Source of the DNA: Octopus vulgaris
Lineage: Eukaryota
Direction of reading: 5' to 3'
NCBI GenBank assembly: GCA_951406725.2
Contig: OX597820.1
Coordinates: forward strand, 108,314,001 to 108,378,000
DNA: 64,000 nucleotides
Every line of letters starts with the position of its first letter. Positions within the stretch are counted from its first letter, which is position 1. The translations under genes and the position numbers were made by a program. This document shows, piece after piece, positions 42,795-54,996 of this stretch. The notes under the pieces were generated by a model. The model was not told where the DNA came from, made no database searches, and worked only from the letters and a program-made list of their open reading frames with translations.

Positions 42795-43160
42795 ACACAA
42801 TGGATGGAAGCACTCCGTCGGTTACGACGACGAGAATTCTGGTTGATCCGAACAGCTTGCTCGTGAAATTAACGTGTAAGTGGCTGAGCACTCCACAGAC
42901 ACGTGTACCCTCAACGTAGTTCTCGGGGATATTCAGCGTGACACAGAGAGTGACAAGGCCGGCCCTTTGAAATACAGGTACAACAGAAACAGGAAGTAAG
43001 AATGAGAGAAAGTTGTGGTGAAAGAGTACAGCAGGGATCACCACCATCCCTGCCTCGTGGAACTTTAGGTGTTTTCACTCAATAAACACTCACAACGCCC
43101 GGTCTGGGAATCGAAACCGCGAGTCCGCTGCCCTAACCACTGGGCCATTGTGCCTCCACT
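42795..43160 (-). mobile_element. SINE with family-A tRNA head and a different 3' part
   Basis: Head identical in type to 3509-3773. Diverges after CTCTTTCACCAC..ACTTTCTC. Confidence 0.7.
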
Positions 43161-43299
43161 ATATTTACACACCGTGTAGTTAAAGAGAAGAAATAACTGA
43201 AATTAGTCGTTACTCATTTTACCCCCATTTTAGACATCATAATGCTGGCGTGGGGGGACGTCCCACACCAGCATTAACAAAACCAACAACAGAAGCAGC

Positions 43300-43800
43300 A
43301 GTATTCAAAGATACACGAGATGTTCCGGAAACACCTCTCCAACAACAGATCCGAGAGAGACGATGTGCCATGTCCTTGGCCAGCCATGTGTGGCACCTGA
43401 AGGACAAAGGGACTCCACAGGTAATCTCATGGAAGATCCTAGAAAAACCAGACCCTTACATCAACGGGAACAAGTGTTGCAAGCTGTGCTTAGCTGAATG
43501 GGCAAGTATATTAAAGAAGTTCATCAACTCGGAGAACATCTTAAATTCAAGGATGGAAGTCTTCAGATCCTATTTACACTTCATGAGATTGCTGCTGAAA
43601 TCCTGGAACCCACAGACTGACCGGGTCCACTACAGATAGTGGTCTAAGGGAGACAATCCCTTGCATTTAACCCTTCTCCTTTGTCTGTTTTCAACAACTA
43701 GTCTTCTCCCCCCACTTTGAATAGGGGTTATAGGCCAGTGGCTATTTTGGTCTGAAGAGCTAAGTACTTTACGGATGCGAAGCCTTAGATAACCCCTATA
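43300..43800 (+). mobile_element. Penelope-like GIY-YIG C-terminal fragment with a downstream degenerate hammerhead (43749-43794)
   Basis: LASHVWHLK..ISWKILEK..PY..CKLCLAE..ILNSRME, followed by GGT-CTGAAGA-GC..GC-GAAG-CCTTAG-ATA-ACC. Confidence 0.75.
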
Positions 43801-44611
43801 ACCATCTTTATCTAATATATCATCATTTAACATCTGTTTACCATCCTGGATGGTTTGACTGAAAATTGGTAAGCTGAGGGAGCTGTACCAGGTTTCAATC
43901 TGATTTGTCATGGGTTCTAAGCTGGATGCCCTTCCTAACGCCAACCACTCCAAGAGTGTAGTGGGTGCTTTTTATGTGCCATTGGCATGGGTGCCAGTTA
44001 CGAAACACCACGACTATGATCTCACTTGGCTTGACAGTTCTTATCAAGCATGGTGTATTGCAATAAGTCTCAGTCACATTCATGCATTTGTTTAGCAAGA
44101 TTCTTGATGTGAAATCATCTGTTGAGATAGGTATTGTTATACTTAGGGACGGTCATTGTTTGCTAATTAAACACACGCACTATATATTTGGCCTTCACTT
44201 CAACTTTATTATTATTTTAATTTCTTTTTGTTAAAGCTCTTTCAATACACATCCTGTGACCTCTTTAGTAACTCTATCCCACGTCTCCTCCAGAAACAAA
44301 GTCAAGGGGGTGCACACATGCGTAGGAATCTGGTCGAACATTTGGATGCCGTCAACTAATTACCATGGTTTCGCTCCGCTTGCAACAAACAGTAGCCAAA
44401 TCTCACCACACCATTATATTAAAAAAATAAAAATCGCCCTAAATATAATGCCTGAACGATTTGCTGAATTATGTTGTCCTAGTCGAACTGAATAAAATAA
44501 ATACCAAGTTGGCTGGAACACATTTGATCATAGTTTTGCCACACCAGGACGATTAAATAACAAGAGAAACAGACAACCTAACCAGACAATCTAATACAGT
44601 CAAACAGGTGT

Positions 44612-44901
44612 AAAAAAATGTAGAAAACGAATATGAAAACAAAAATTTGTGCAGACGAACGTGGGGGGAACTTTCGGAAAATTCACAAGATCCGATTTTC
44701 CGAAATCCTTTCCCCACCCTACGGAAAACATTTCCCCATAAATTTCTTTATAATAGTAATCTATGACATTTCATCAACATATATCCATTTTCCTGAAAGT
44801 TATGAGGGAGAAATCGGATGTTGTGAATTTTCCGAAGATCCTCTCACCCCACGTTCGTCTGCACAAATTTTTGTTTTCATATTCGTTTTCTACATTTTTT
44901 T
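44612..44901. repeat. Foldback/inverted-repeat element (about 90-bp arms)
   Basis: AAAATGTAGAAAACGAATATGAAAACAAAAATTTGTGCAGACGAACGTGGGG.. and its reverse complement. The same family (GAAAATTCACAAGATCC modules) occurs at 48540-48985 and 50800-51490. Confidence 0.88.
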
Positions 44902-45059
44902 AAAAACCTATTTGACTGTGTTTCTAATTTTGATTTGGTGAACGGGAGTTAAACTATATATTAACCGACCCACACGAAATTTTGTAAATTGCATTCTCGC
45001 CGGATTGATTCCAACTTCTGAATTGTGTCACTCTTGTTTTAGGTTAGGTACAAATGTAA

Positions 45060-45263
45060 ACATTTACCGTAAATATAGTAACGTTATTTCACTTACGTCA
45101 CACGAATTCTTGACTGGGTTCCTGATATTTTATCAATATCATAAAGAAAGTAAGCAAAGCCCCTTCTCCCCATATACAGGGGCTTCCCGGTTTCCTGTCC
45201 GATTGCATCATCAAATGCACCGTTTACCGGAAGTGACCTTTCAGTTGCCCTCATCTCATCACC
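45060..45263. promoter_or_regulatory. CpG-enriched housekeeping-type, probably bidirectional promoter
   Basis: ETS/GABP motif CCGGAAGTG (45227-45235), Inr consensus TCAGTT (45241-45246) about 20 nt before the ATG, and CRE-like TTACGTCA (45093-45100) overlapping a minus-strand GTAAGT donor. Confidence 0.65.
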
Positions 45264-45359
45264 ATGGCCGAGCAAGAAAAAGCCGCAGTGAAACAGGCAA
45301 TCAAAGAACAAGGTGAAATTGTGCGTAAATTAAAAGCAGAGAAAGCTGAAAAAGAAAAA
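45264..45359 (+). CDS. HARS: First coding exon encoding the first WHEP helix, most likely cytoplasmic histidyl-tRNA synthetase (MAEQEKAAVKQAIKEQGEIVRKLKAEKAEKEK)
   Basis: accATGG Kozak, WHEP signature QGE.VR.LK..KA, phase-0 donor AAA|GTAAGG. An N-terminal WHEP with an intron at this point matches my recollection of HARS1 exon 1. No later exons were recognised in the window. Confidence 0.72.
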
Positions 45360-46142
45360 GTAAGGTTTGATATACCATATGTGCGATGGTGCTTTAAATT
45401 CAAGCTTGTTATGTGATTATTATTACTGAATTTTGCAAATCATATGGGATATTTTTATCGCATTCGTTTCATACATTTCTCAATAAGTTTTTTTCTTTTG
45501 AACTAATTAAATTTTCGCTCAAATATAATTTATATATTCATCATTACTAAGGGCTGCTTTGGTGATTTCTTGTAACACAGTTATGGCTAATTTTTGCAGG
45601 GGAGAGTTATGGTCAGTTGAATCGTTCGTACGACATTACAGGTACTTGATATCGATGTCTCAATCGACACCGCACTTTTTTTTAATTGTAAACAGCTGAG
45701 TACAGAGATAAGCAGAGTATAGCATCCAATCATGCATTAGAACCATGCAACCATTTTTACTGGCTTATTATTGTTGAAGGACAACAGTTGCGTGAGATTG
45801 TGTAAACTTGGAACCTTTTCGAAATCTAGCAGCGTCATTGTAGTGAATTGGCTTAAACTATTCAAACCGAGACGTGGACTCGACTTGCCGCTAAGCGTTA
45901 CTTTCTTATTATATTCTCTACATCGCTTTTCTATGAAGGTGGTTATAATGTTCTCTAATTCTATAAACTTAAACTGAACACGCACACATCTATTTCAAAA
46001 ATGTTTCATAATCATTAGTCGGGTAAATATATTTTGTAGGACTCCCTCTCAGACTTATCTTTGAACACCTCGTTTTAAGTGGCCAGACGTAGCTTATTCT
46101 GAACTCATCACATCTTGGAATACACACACACACACACACACA

Positions 46143-46360
46143 CACGAGGGGATACTGAAATGTTCCTGGTTTGGGGTAGAAGAAAATACCAAGAGGATCA
46201 GTTAATTATGATTTTAAGCAACACATTCTCCTCTCAGATTTACACACCGCAGCAGTCCTTCAGTTTTTCTAAGACCCGTAAAAGAACTCAGAATGCTGGG
46301 CTGCCATCCAGGCCTTTCGCGACACTCTTAAAGTCAGGGATTTTTCAGCACCCCCCTCGT
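46143..46360. mobile_element. Mariner-type MITE
   Basis: CACGAGGGGGATACTGAAATGTTCCTG ... CAGGGATTTTTCAGCACCCCCCTCGT inverted ends. Confidence 0.7.
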
Positions 46361-46462
46361 ATATACAGGGGGTGCACAATGAGGACTGCATTTTCGACTT
46401 TGAGAAGAAATAACTTTTTTAAAAATGTTCACAACCTTGTGTGTGTGTGAATATATATATAT

Positions 46463-46889
46463 CTTCTATATATATATAAAACTGAGAATGTGTGTCTCTA
46501 TGTGAATCCCTAAAACTTGAGAACTAAACAACCAATTTCATTCAAATTTTGCACATGCCTTACTTAGGGTCCATGTAGTGTCATGGGCAAAAATGTTTTT
46601 AGCTTCTTGCCTAGGGCGAGCCCACAGCAATATTATATCTTCTCTACTATTTCAGTATTACGTGTTAAAAGTGAAAGAAAAACATCTCTCTATTGTAATG
46701 TCAGATGCTTTCAGTTTAATAGTGAAACTATTATATAACAGGGTTGAACCATTAAGAGTGGACATCCATTTTGCTAGAAGAAGATCCGCTATGGTCTTAT
46801 ATGCTACACCACTGGTTTTCAATTCATATTAATCAAATTAATATTTAATCTTTCACCCTTATTATTTTAAATTCAAATTTACATGTGTA

Positions 46890-46930
<41 letters not shown>

Positions 46931-47440
46931 GGATGTATATATATATATATGGATGTGTATATATATATATATATATATACACATACATGTATATATATAT
47001 ATGGATGTGTATATATATATATATATATGTACACATATATATATACACATATATACATGCATACATATATACACCCAGACACGCACACACATAGGTGCAG
47101 GTGTGGCTGTGTGGTAACAAACTTGGTTCTAAAACATATGGTCCTCAGTTCAGTCCCACTGTCTGGTGACTTGGCATGTGTCTTCTGCTATAGCCTCAGA
47201 CCAACCAAAGCCTTGTCAGTGGATTTTGTAGACAGAAACTGAAAGAAATCAATCGTATACATATATATGTATGTATATATGTAAGTCTATGTGTGTGCCT
47301 TTCTGTTTCTCCCTCATCACTGCTTCTCAACTGGTGTTCGTTTATTTACATCCCCATAACTTACTGGTTTCACAAGAACAAACTAATAGAATAATAGAAT
47401 ATTTTTGTTTGCCCACTCAGTTGTATCTATCAATTTATCA
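46463..47440 (+). mobile_element. Helitron-like unit with captured SINE; inverted copy of about 24830-25890
   Basis: Collinear reverse-complement match that includes the unique spacer, microsatellite and SINE parts. Confidence 0.7.
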
Positions 47441-49567
47441 TTGTATGTGTGTGTGTATGTATGTATGTATCTATCTATATATATATCACTCTAATGCTCC
47501 CAAATTTTAGTCATTTCTTTTATGTTCCAAAACTAGGTCAAAAGTACTGAATGGATTTTTATGAAATTTGAAAATTATATTCTATGCATATGGGCCATAA
47601 CCCCATTGACAATTCATGAATTTTTGCTGTTGGCGAAATTTTAACCATAGATATTAGACACAAATGAAGTAATATTTATAAAATTTCATCATCTTACAAG
47701 TTAGAAAGACCCCTCCATGGGGACTTAACACCCACAATTTTGTCATTTTATCTAAGCAAAAACGAATACAGTTGTGCTCTTGGAAGCTGTAGGGTTACCC
47801 GAGCATACAAGATGAGCATTATTTGTAATTCAATGGTACAACAGTGTAACAGTTTGCTTTGACATACACTTACGTTGGGATTTCTGCAATGTGGTGCATA
47901 AATTGTCAAGTAAATGAGAGGCATCTTTGCCTCCACTGATTCGGAATTGTGAGTTTATGTCAAACAGCTGCTGTCACGCCTAGGAAGGGTACAACTGTCA
48001 ACCAAGTCAATAATAAAGATTATTCTACATCCTCTCTGAACAGGGACGGGAAGGTCTGTTTTCTCTATGTAATGGCTGTGGCGAAAGAGGTGGTATGGAA
48101 GACACGCATGAAAGGAGTGGTGACAGGTGTCTTCATTTCCAGCCTTAGTTTGGTAAACTGTTTTATTTTCCATAAGGTTGGAGAGGAGACGCTTGTCACT
48201 CAGTATATATGAGAAAAGATGAAAGAAAGTGGCAAGCATGTTGAGAGTGAATGTGCCTGCTTGAGTGAAAACATAAGCCTCATAAAGGGATCTGTGGTGA
48301 AACATGGGGTCACACCTGTCTCTCACTCCATCATTGTTAGATCATCCGTTATTCATATATATTATCATAAATTTTTAATTAATGTATCAACCCTTTGTGG
48401 TTAATAAAGAACCAATTTCCAAATCCTCTCACTCTCTATTTTAATGTTTTCATTTCAAGTTTTAATCCACTATTTGCAAACAACTACAATAAATGGTTAA
48501 TGTTGAAATTAAAAAAAAAATATATATAGTCTACAACTTGACCTGGAAATGAAAATCAGGAAAAAATAGTGCAATGGGTGTAAAAAAATGTATAGGAAAC
48601 GAATATTTTAAAAAATGTGTGCAAAGCGGACCTCAGTGGGGAGAGGACCTCAGAAAATTCACAAGATCCAAGTTTTTCCCTCATAACTTTTAGGACAATG
48701 GGGTTTTTTCATATGTGATATAAATGACATTTTATATGAATACCTTTCAAACAGCATACATTACGATTATAAAGAAATTTGTGGGGAAAATCTTTTCCAA
48801 GAGAGTGGAGAGAAGACTTAGGAAAATTCACAAGATCTGAGCTTTTTGCTTGTAACTGTTAGGAAAATGTGTGTCTGTTTTTTTTTTCAAACAGCATACA
48901 TTGCGATTATAAAGTAATTTGTGGGGAAAATCTTGAGGTGGGGAGAGGACTTTCAGAAAATTCCCACGATCTGAATTTTTCCATTCCAAAATCACATTGA
49001 ACTTTCTACAGATGCTCTAGCATAGCACTACTACACTATGTAGTGTTTATTTCTACCCACTTTCAATAATTTTTAATGTTTTGGCTTCAATTTTGTTTCA
49101 TTTTATTTCCAGTTATTTTGACGCTTTTTAAACCCTTCCGTTGTTTTTCTCATTCACTCATTATTTTTTCTCTCTATCTATCTATCTATCTATCTATATA
49201 TATATATACACACACACACACATACATCTATATACATATACACACACACACATCAATATATACACACATACACACACATATATACACACACACACACACA
49301 TATATATATACACACATATATACACATGCACACACACATATATATGTATATATACAGACATGTATATACAAGATAATATAATGGATCTTACATATGAATA
49401 TTATGGATTATTGCAGTAGAATAACCAAGGAAGTATATATGGATTTAAAGACTCATCAAAAGTAGTAATTTTTAATTTATCTTTCAAACAAACACCATTC
49501 TATAGTTTTACTTCAAATTAAAAAAAACAAACTATCATTCGATATGTTATACAGAATTCAAATTTTA

Positions 49568-49659
49568 TATCTCTGAAGAGCAGAAGCATTGTCTATAAAT
49601 GCTTATCAATATAGGATTTCATTATAGGGACAACTCTTCTGTGAAACGATCATAAGATG
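49568..49659 (+). ncRNA. Penelope-type hammerhead with long stem II
   Basis: TATCT-CTGAAGA-GCAGAAG..(long arm)..CTTCTGT-GAAA-CGATC-ATA-AGATG. Stem I is ATCT/AGAT, and ACGATC(A/G)T is a near-palindrome. Confidence 0.68.
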
Positions 49660-49704
49660 CTTTAAATAATTAATTCAAAACTTTTAAACTGTCATATACA
49701 TTAT

Positions 49705-50640
49705 ATCATCATCATCATTTAGCGTACGCTTTCCACGCTAGCATGGGTTGGACGGTTCAACTGGGATCTGGGAAGCCAGAAGGCTGCGCCAGGCCCAGTC
49801 TGATCTGGCAATGTTTCTACGGCTGGATGCTCTTCCTAACGCCAACCACTCCGTGAGTGTTGTGGGTGCTTTTACGTGCCACCGGCACAGGTGCCAGACG
49901 GGGCTGCAAACGGCCATGGTCGGATGGTGCTTTTTACGTGCCACCGGCACGGGGGCCAATATTTTTATCATCATCATCATTGTTTAACGTCCGTTTTCCG
50001 CGCTAGCACGGGTTGGAGAGTTCGACTGGGGTCTGGGAAGCCAGGAGGCTGCACCAGGCTCCAGTCTGATCTGGCAGTGTTTCTACAGCTGAATGCCCTT
50101 CCTAACGCCAACCACTCCGCGAGTGTAGTGGGTGCTTTTTATGTACCACCGGCAAAGAAGCCAGTCGAGGTGGCGGTGGCATCGGCCACGATCGGATGGT
50201 GCTTTTTATGTGCCACCGGCACAGGTATCACAACTACTATTTCCATTGATATTTATTTCGATGTTCATGTACTTGACTCAATAGGTCTCCTCAAGCACAG
50301 CGAGATGTTCTGGAATCCAAGGTACTTTGAATGGGCAGGGGCTATGCGGAACTGGTGCAGGAAGCAACCTGGGTCTTTGCAGTCACAGCATATCTCCAGA
50401 GATCTCAGTCCTTCGCCATTGCCTCTGTGAGGCCCAACGCTCTGAGGTCATGCTTGACTACCTTATCCCATGTCTTCCTGGGTCTACCTCTCCCCCTGAT
50501 ACCTTCAACTGTTTGGGAGCGGCACTTCTTCACACATCTCTCCTCATCCATCCGCAGTACATGACCATACCATCGCAAGCGTCGCTCTTGCACACCACAT
50601 CTGATGCTTCTTATGTCCAGCATTTCTCTCAGGGTGCTTA
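49705..50640 (-). mobile_element. RTE 3' end with duplicated terminal module
   Basis: RLRWYGHVLRMDEE..GRGRPRKTW, with two (CAT)n-tailed terminal units at about 49705 and 49968. Confidence 0.85.
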
Positions 50641-51599
50641 ACATATTTATATTTATATATTTATTTATTTATTTATATATTTTTAATTCGACAATTATTT
50701 TTCACACGTGTATATCTTTCTGGGGAGTTTTGATATTGATTTCCTAATATTAATAATAATATTATTAAAAAATATATATGTATACATACAGACACATTAA
50801 ATTTTTACAAGATTTTCCCCACAAATTACTTTATAAGGTATTTATGTAAAATTTCATTGAAAAAAAAAAACATTTTCCTAAAAGTTATGAGGGAAAAACT
50901 TGAACCTTGTGAATTTTCTAAGGTCTTCTCCACACCCTCCCATTGCTTTGCATGCATTTTTTTATATTATTCGTTTCCTACACATTTTTTTACACCCATT
51001 GCACTATTTTTTTCTGATTTTCGTTTCTGGGTCAAGTTGTAAGCATTAAGCAAAAATAGTGCAATGGGTGTAAAAAAAAAAGGTGTAGGAAACGAATATG
51101 AAAACAAAAATGCCCGGAAAGCAATGGGGGTTGGGGAGAGGCCTTCAGAAAATTCACAAGATCCGATGTTTTTCCCTCTTCTCTTTTAGGAAAATGCGTT
51201 TTCTTAGTGAAATTTTATATAAATACATTTCAGATAGTATAGATAATGATTATAAAGAAATTTGTTGGGAAAATCTTTTCCTGGGGGTGGGGAGAAGACT
51301 TCGGAAAATTCACAAGATCCGATGATTTTCTCTTGTAACTTCAAGGAAAATGGGTATCTTTCTACTTTACACCCATGTAGGAAACAAATCTGGAAACAAA
51401 AATGCACAGAAAGTAATGGGGGTGGGGGAGATAGGGCCTCAGAAAATTCACAAGATCCAAGTTTTTCCCTTGTAACTTTTAGGATAATATGATCCTTTTG
51501 AAATCACAAATTAGGGTTTTCCTCTGGAACTTGGATGCTAAACATCCCTTGAAGGGTTCGGGTCCTAACTTTTACCATATATATATGTGTGTGTGTATA

Positions 51600-54500
51600 T
51601 ATATTGCAAAGAACACAGATACAAGATTTTCTGGGCAGGGAACACTGACGGGGTTGGGGGCGTGGGTATACTTCTTGCTGAAAAATGGGTAGATAAGGTA
51701 ATTGAGGTAATCAGGGTATGTGACAGAATACTTAAGATTAGATTAGTGCTTCATCATGGATTAGCAACCATTATATCAGCCTCTGCCCCTCTGCCTGGGC
51801 TACCCGATAGACAGAAAGACCGATTCTATGACACCCTACTGCAGACTACCTCATTGACGAACGACAGAGACCTTCTCTTTGTGGCTTGTGATTTCAATGG
51901 GAATGTTGGAAAACATGCTGGGGGCTTCCATGGTGTACGTGGAGGTTATGGTTATGGTTCCCGCAACGAGGAGGGAACCAGGCTGCTGGAGTTCTGCGAT
52001 GCAAATGACCTTATGGTTTGCAACTCTAACTTCAGGAAACCTACCAGTCACCTACCGATCGGGACGACATACTAGCCAAATTGACTACATCCATACCAGG
52101 AAAAGGGAAAGATGGCTGCTTATAAATGCCAAAACCTTCCCAGGCGAAGAATGTACCCCACAACATAGACTGGTAGTTAGTGACTTTAGGATCAGGACTA
52201 AGAGGACGACTAGAAGACGACCAACATGGAGAAGAAGGATCTGGAAGCTTAAATATCCTGCGAATGGACAGAGACTTAGGGAAATATTACTTGAAGCCTT
52301 TGATGAAGTAGAAGGGGATATAGCTTCACATGGGGTAGAAGACAGCTGGAGGTCTCTAAGGGACAACCTGCTGAGAGCCACTGACCAGATCTGTGGCTGG
52401 TGCAAAGTCCCCTCTCGACCTAAAATAACGTGGTGGTGGAACAATGTTGTAGACAGGGCTATTAGAGAAAAGAGACAGGCTTGGAAGGACTGGAAGAATG
52501 GGGGTAGCAGGGAATTGTATCAGACTGCCCAAAGAGAAGCTAAGAGACAGGTTTATTTAGCCAGAGGGGAAGCAGATAAGAAAAAATTTGCCAATGTTCT
52601 GCGCCATGAAGACCAAAGACTTGAGGTATTTCATGTTGCAAGACAGTGTGTGAGAGAAAATCATGATGTGGTAGGAGAGAAATGTGTTCACATGGTTGAT
52701 GGTTCACTTGCGCTAAATAAGGTTGCAAAGAGAGAGGTTTGGAGATGCCACTATGAAAGGTTGCTGAATAAAGAAAATGAATGGGATGAAGAGAGTCTGC
52801 CGAATGTCGACCCAATGGAGGGACCAGCCATCCAAGTTGACTATTCTTTGGTAGTTAAAGCAATTAGAAGCATGAAGACAGGGAAAGCCCCAGGCCCATC
52901 AGGAATTACTGCAGAGATGCTCAAAATATCTGGCAGTGTCAGCTATAACCTAGTCACCTGTATAGTTAACCAGGTGATACACGAAGGAGTCATACCCAAT
53001 GACTGGTGTAGCAGCATAATAGTCAACTGCTACAAAGGTAAAGGTGACGCTCTACATACAAATAATTACAGAGGTATCAAGCTGTTGGATCAGGTAATGA
53101 AAGTTACGGAGAGGGTCATAGCCCAACTAATTAGAGAGAGAGTGTTAGTTTAGATGAGATGCAGTTTGGGTTCGTGCCAAGGAAAAGCATCACTGATGCC
53201 ATATTTCTGGTAAGACAGATGCAGGAGAAATACCAAGCCAAAGATAAGCCCCTGTACCTGGCTTTCGTTGACATTGAGAAAGCCTTCGACAGGGTCCCCC
53301 GATCCCTTATCTGGTAGTCAATGAGGAAACTAGGGATAGTGAGAGCTGTGCAAGCCATGTACAGGGACGCTGCTAGAAAGGTGAGGGTTGGCAACGAGTA
53401 CAGTGAAGAATTCCGGGTAGAGGTAGGGGTCCACCAAGGTTCAGTTCTCAGCCCCCTCCTATTTATCATAGTCCTCCAGGCAGTAATGGAGGAATTCAAG
53501 ACAGGATGCCCCTGGGAGCTCCTCTATGCTGATGACCTTGCTCTAATTGTTGAGTCACTATCAGAACTGGAAGAGAAGTTTCAGGTGTGGAAGCAAGGAT
53601 TAGAATTGAAGGGCCTTAGAGTCAACCTAGCTAAAACCAAAGTCGTAATAAGTAGGAAGGTAGACAAGTCAAAAGCACCTTCAGGTAGATGGCCCTGCTC
53701 GATCTGTAGAAAAGGCGTAGGTAGAAACTCTATAAGATGCACCAAGTGTAAGGTATGGACACATAAGAGGTGCAGCAATGTCAAGGGAAGGCTAACTAGG
53801 AAGATAGTTTTGTATGTGGCAGATGCTCAGGAGCAATAAACAATGAAAATGCTCTGAGACCAACTTCTGTCACTTTCCAGGGAGAAAAACTAGAAATAGT
53901 TGATAGCTTCCATTACCTAGGGGACCAAGTCAGTAGCGGGGGCAGGTGTGCTGAAAGTGTAACTGCTAGAGTAAGAATAGCTTGAGCAAAGTTCAGAGAG
54001 CTCTTACCTCTGCTAGGGACAAAACCCCTCTCGCTCGGAGTAAAAGGCAGACTGTATGACGTATGTGTACGAACAGCCATGCTACATGGCAATGAAACGT
54101 GGGCTGTGACTGCTGAGCATATGCGTAAGCTCGCAAGAAATGAAGCCAGTATGCTCCGATGGATGTGTAATGTCAGTGTTCATACTTGAGAGAAAAGTTG
54201 GACCTAAGAAGCATCAGTTGTGGTGTGCAAGAGAGACATTTGCGCTGGTGTGGTCATGTGGCGAGAATGGATGAAGATCGTTGTGTGAAAAAGTGCCACA
54301 CCCTAGCGGTTGAGGGAACCTGTGGAAGAGGTAGACTCAGGAAAACCTGGGACAAGGTGGTGAAGCACGACCTTTGAACTTAGGTCTCACCGAGGAAATG
54401 ACTAGAGACCGAGACCTTTGGAAGTATGCTGTGCGTGAGAAGACCCGGCAGGACAAGTGAGACCATAACCTGTGGCCTCCGTCCACTTATGCATACATTT

Positions 54501-54612
54501 CCTTCTTGGGACACAAAACTCTACTTGTGAAGACCTGTTGAGGCAAATGAAAATGAAAATCAAAATCGATCAACATCAATGGAAATTGTAGCTGACGCTA
54601 AACGAGGATGAT
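51600..54612 (+). mobile_element. Near full-length RTE LINE (APE + RT + Cys-rich insert), frameshifted
   Basis: GGVGILL, CDFNG, SQIDYI, PQHRLVV, GKAPGPSG, NYRGIKLL, QFGF, GVHQGSVLSPLLF, LLYADDL, CSIC..CTKC..HKRCS and WCGHV, followed by a GAT tail. Confidence 0.95.
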
Positions 54613-54923
54613 ATATATATACACACACACACGCGCAAATGCATATGTTTATATATGTATACTTATATTCTTTTGCTTATTTCGGTCATTTGACTGTGAC
54701 CATGCTGGAGCACCATCTTTAGTTGACAAAATCAATCCCTGGACTTATACTTTGTAAGCCTAGTACTTATTCTATTGATTTCTTTTGCCAAACTGCTAAG
54801 TTATGGGGATGTAAACAAACCTGCGTCAGTTGTCAAGTGATGTTGCGGGGGACAAATACAGACACATGCACATACATATATATATATAACTAAAAAATAA
54901 GCAACAAGAATGGATCTGGTAAT

Positions 54924-54996
54924 TTAGTACAATTGTTTCATACTATAACAATTTATTAAAGCTGCAAATATAATATGTCAAGTAATCTTCAGCTAA
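54924..54996 (-). ncRNA. Penelope-type hammerhead ribozyme at the 3' end of the PLE at 55960-57640
   Basis: Minus strand reads TTAG-CTGAAGA-TTACT..AGTAT-GAAA-CAATT-GTA-CTAA: stem I TTAG/CTAA, palindromic ACAATTGT and a GUA triplet. Confidence 0.72.

Noticed and set aside
47830-48330. Possible mitochondrial alternative exon of the HARS-like gene (ORF 47949-48212)
   Set aside because: There is no ATG-led open frame to a good donor. The minus strand looks weakly like a decayed LINE ORF1, too degraded to call.
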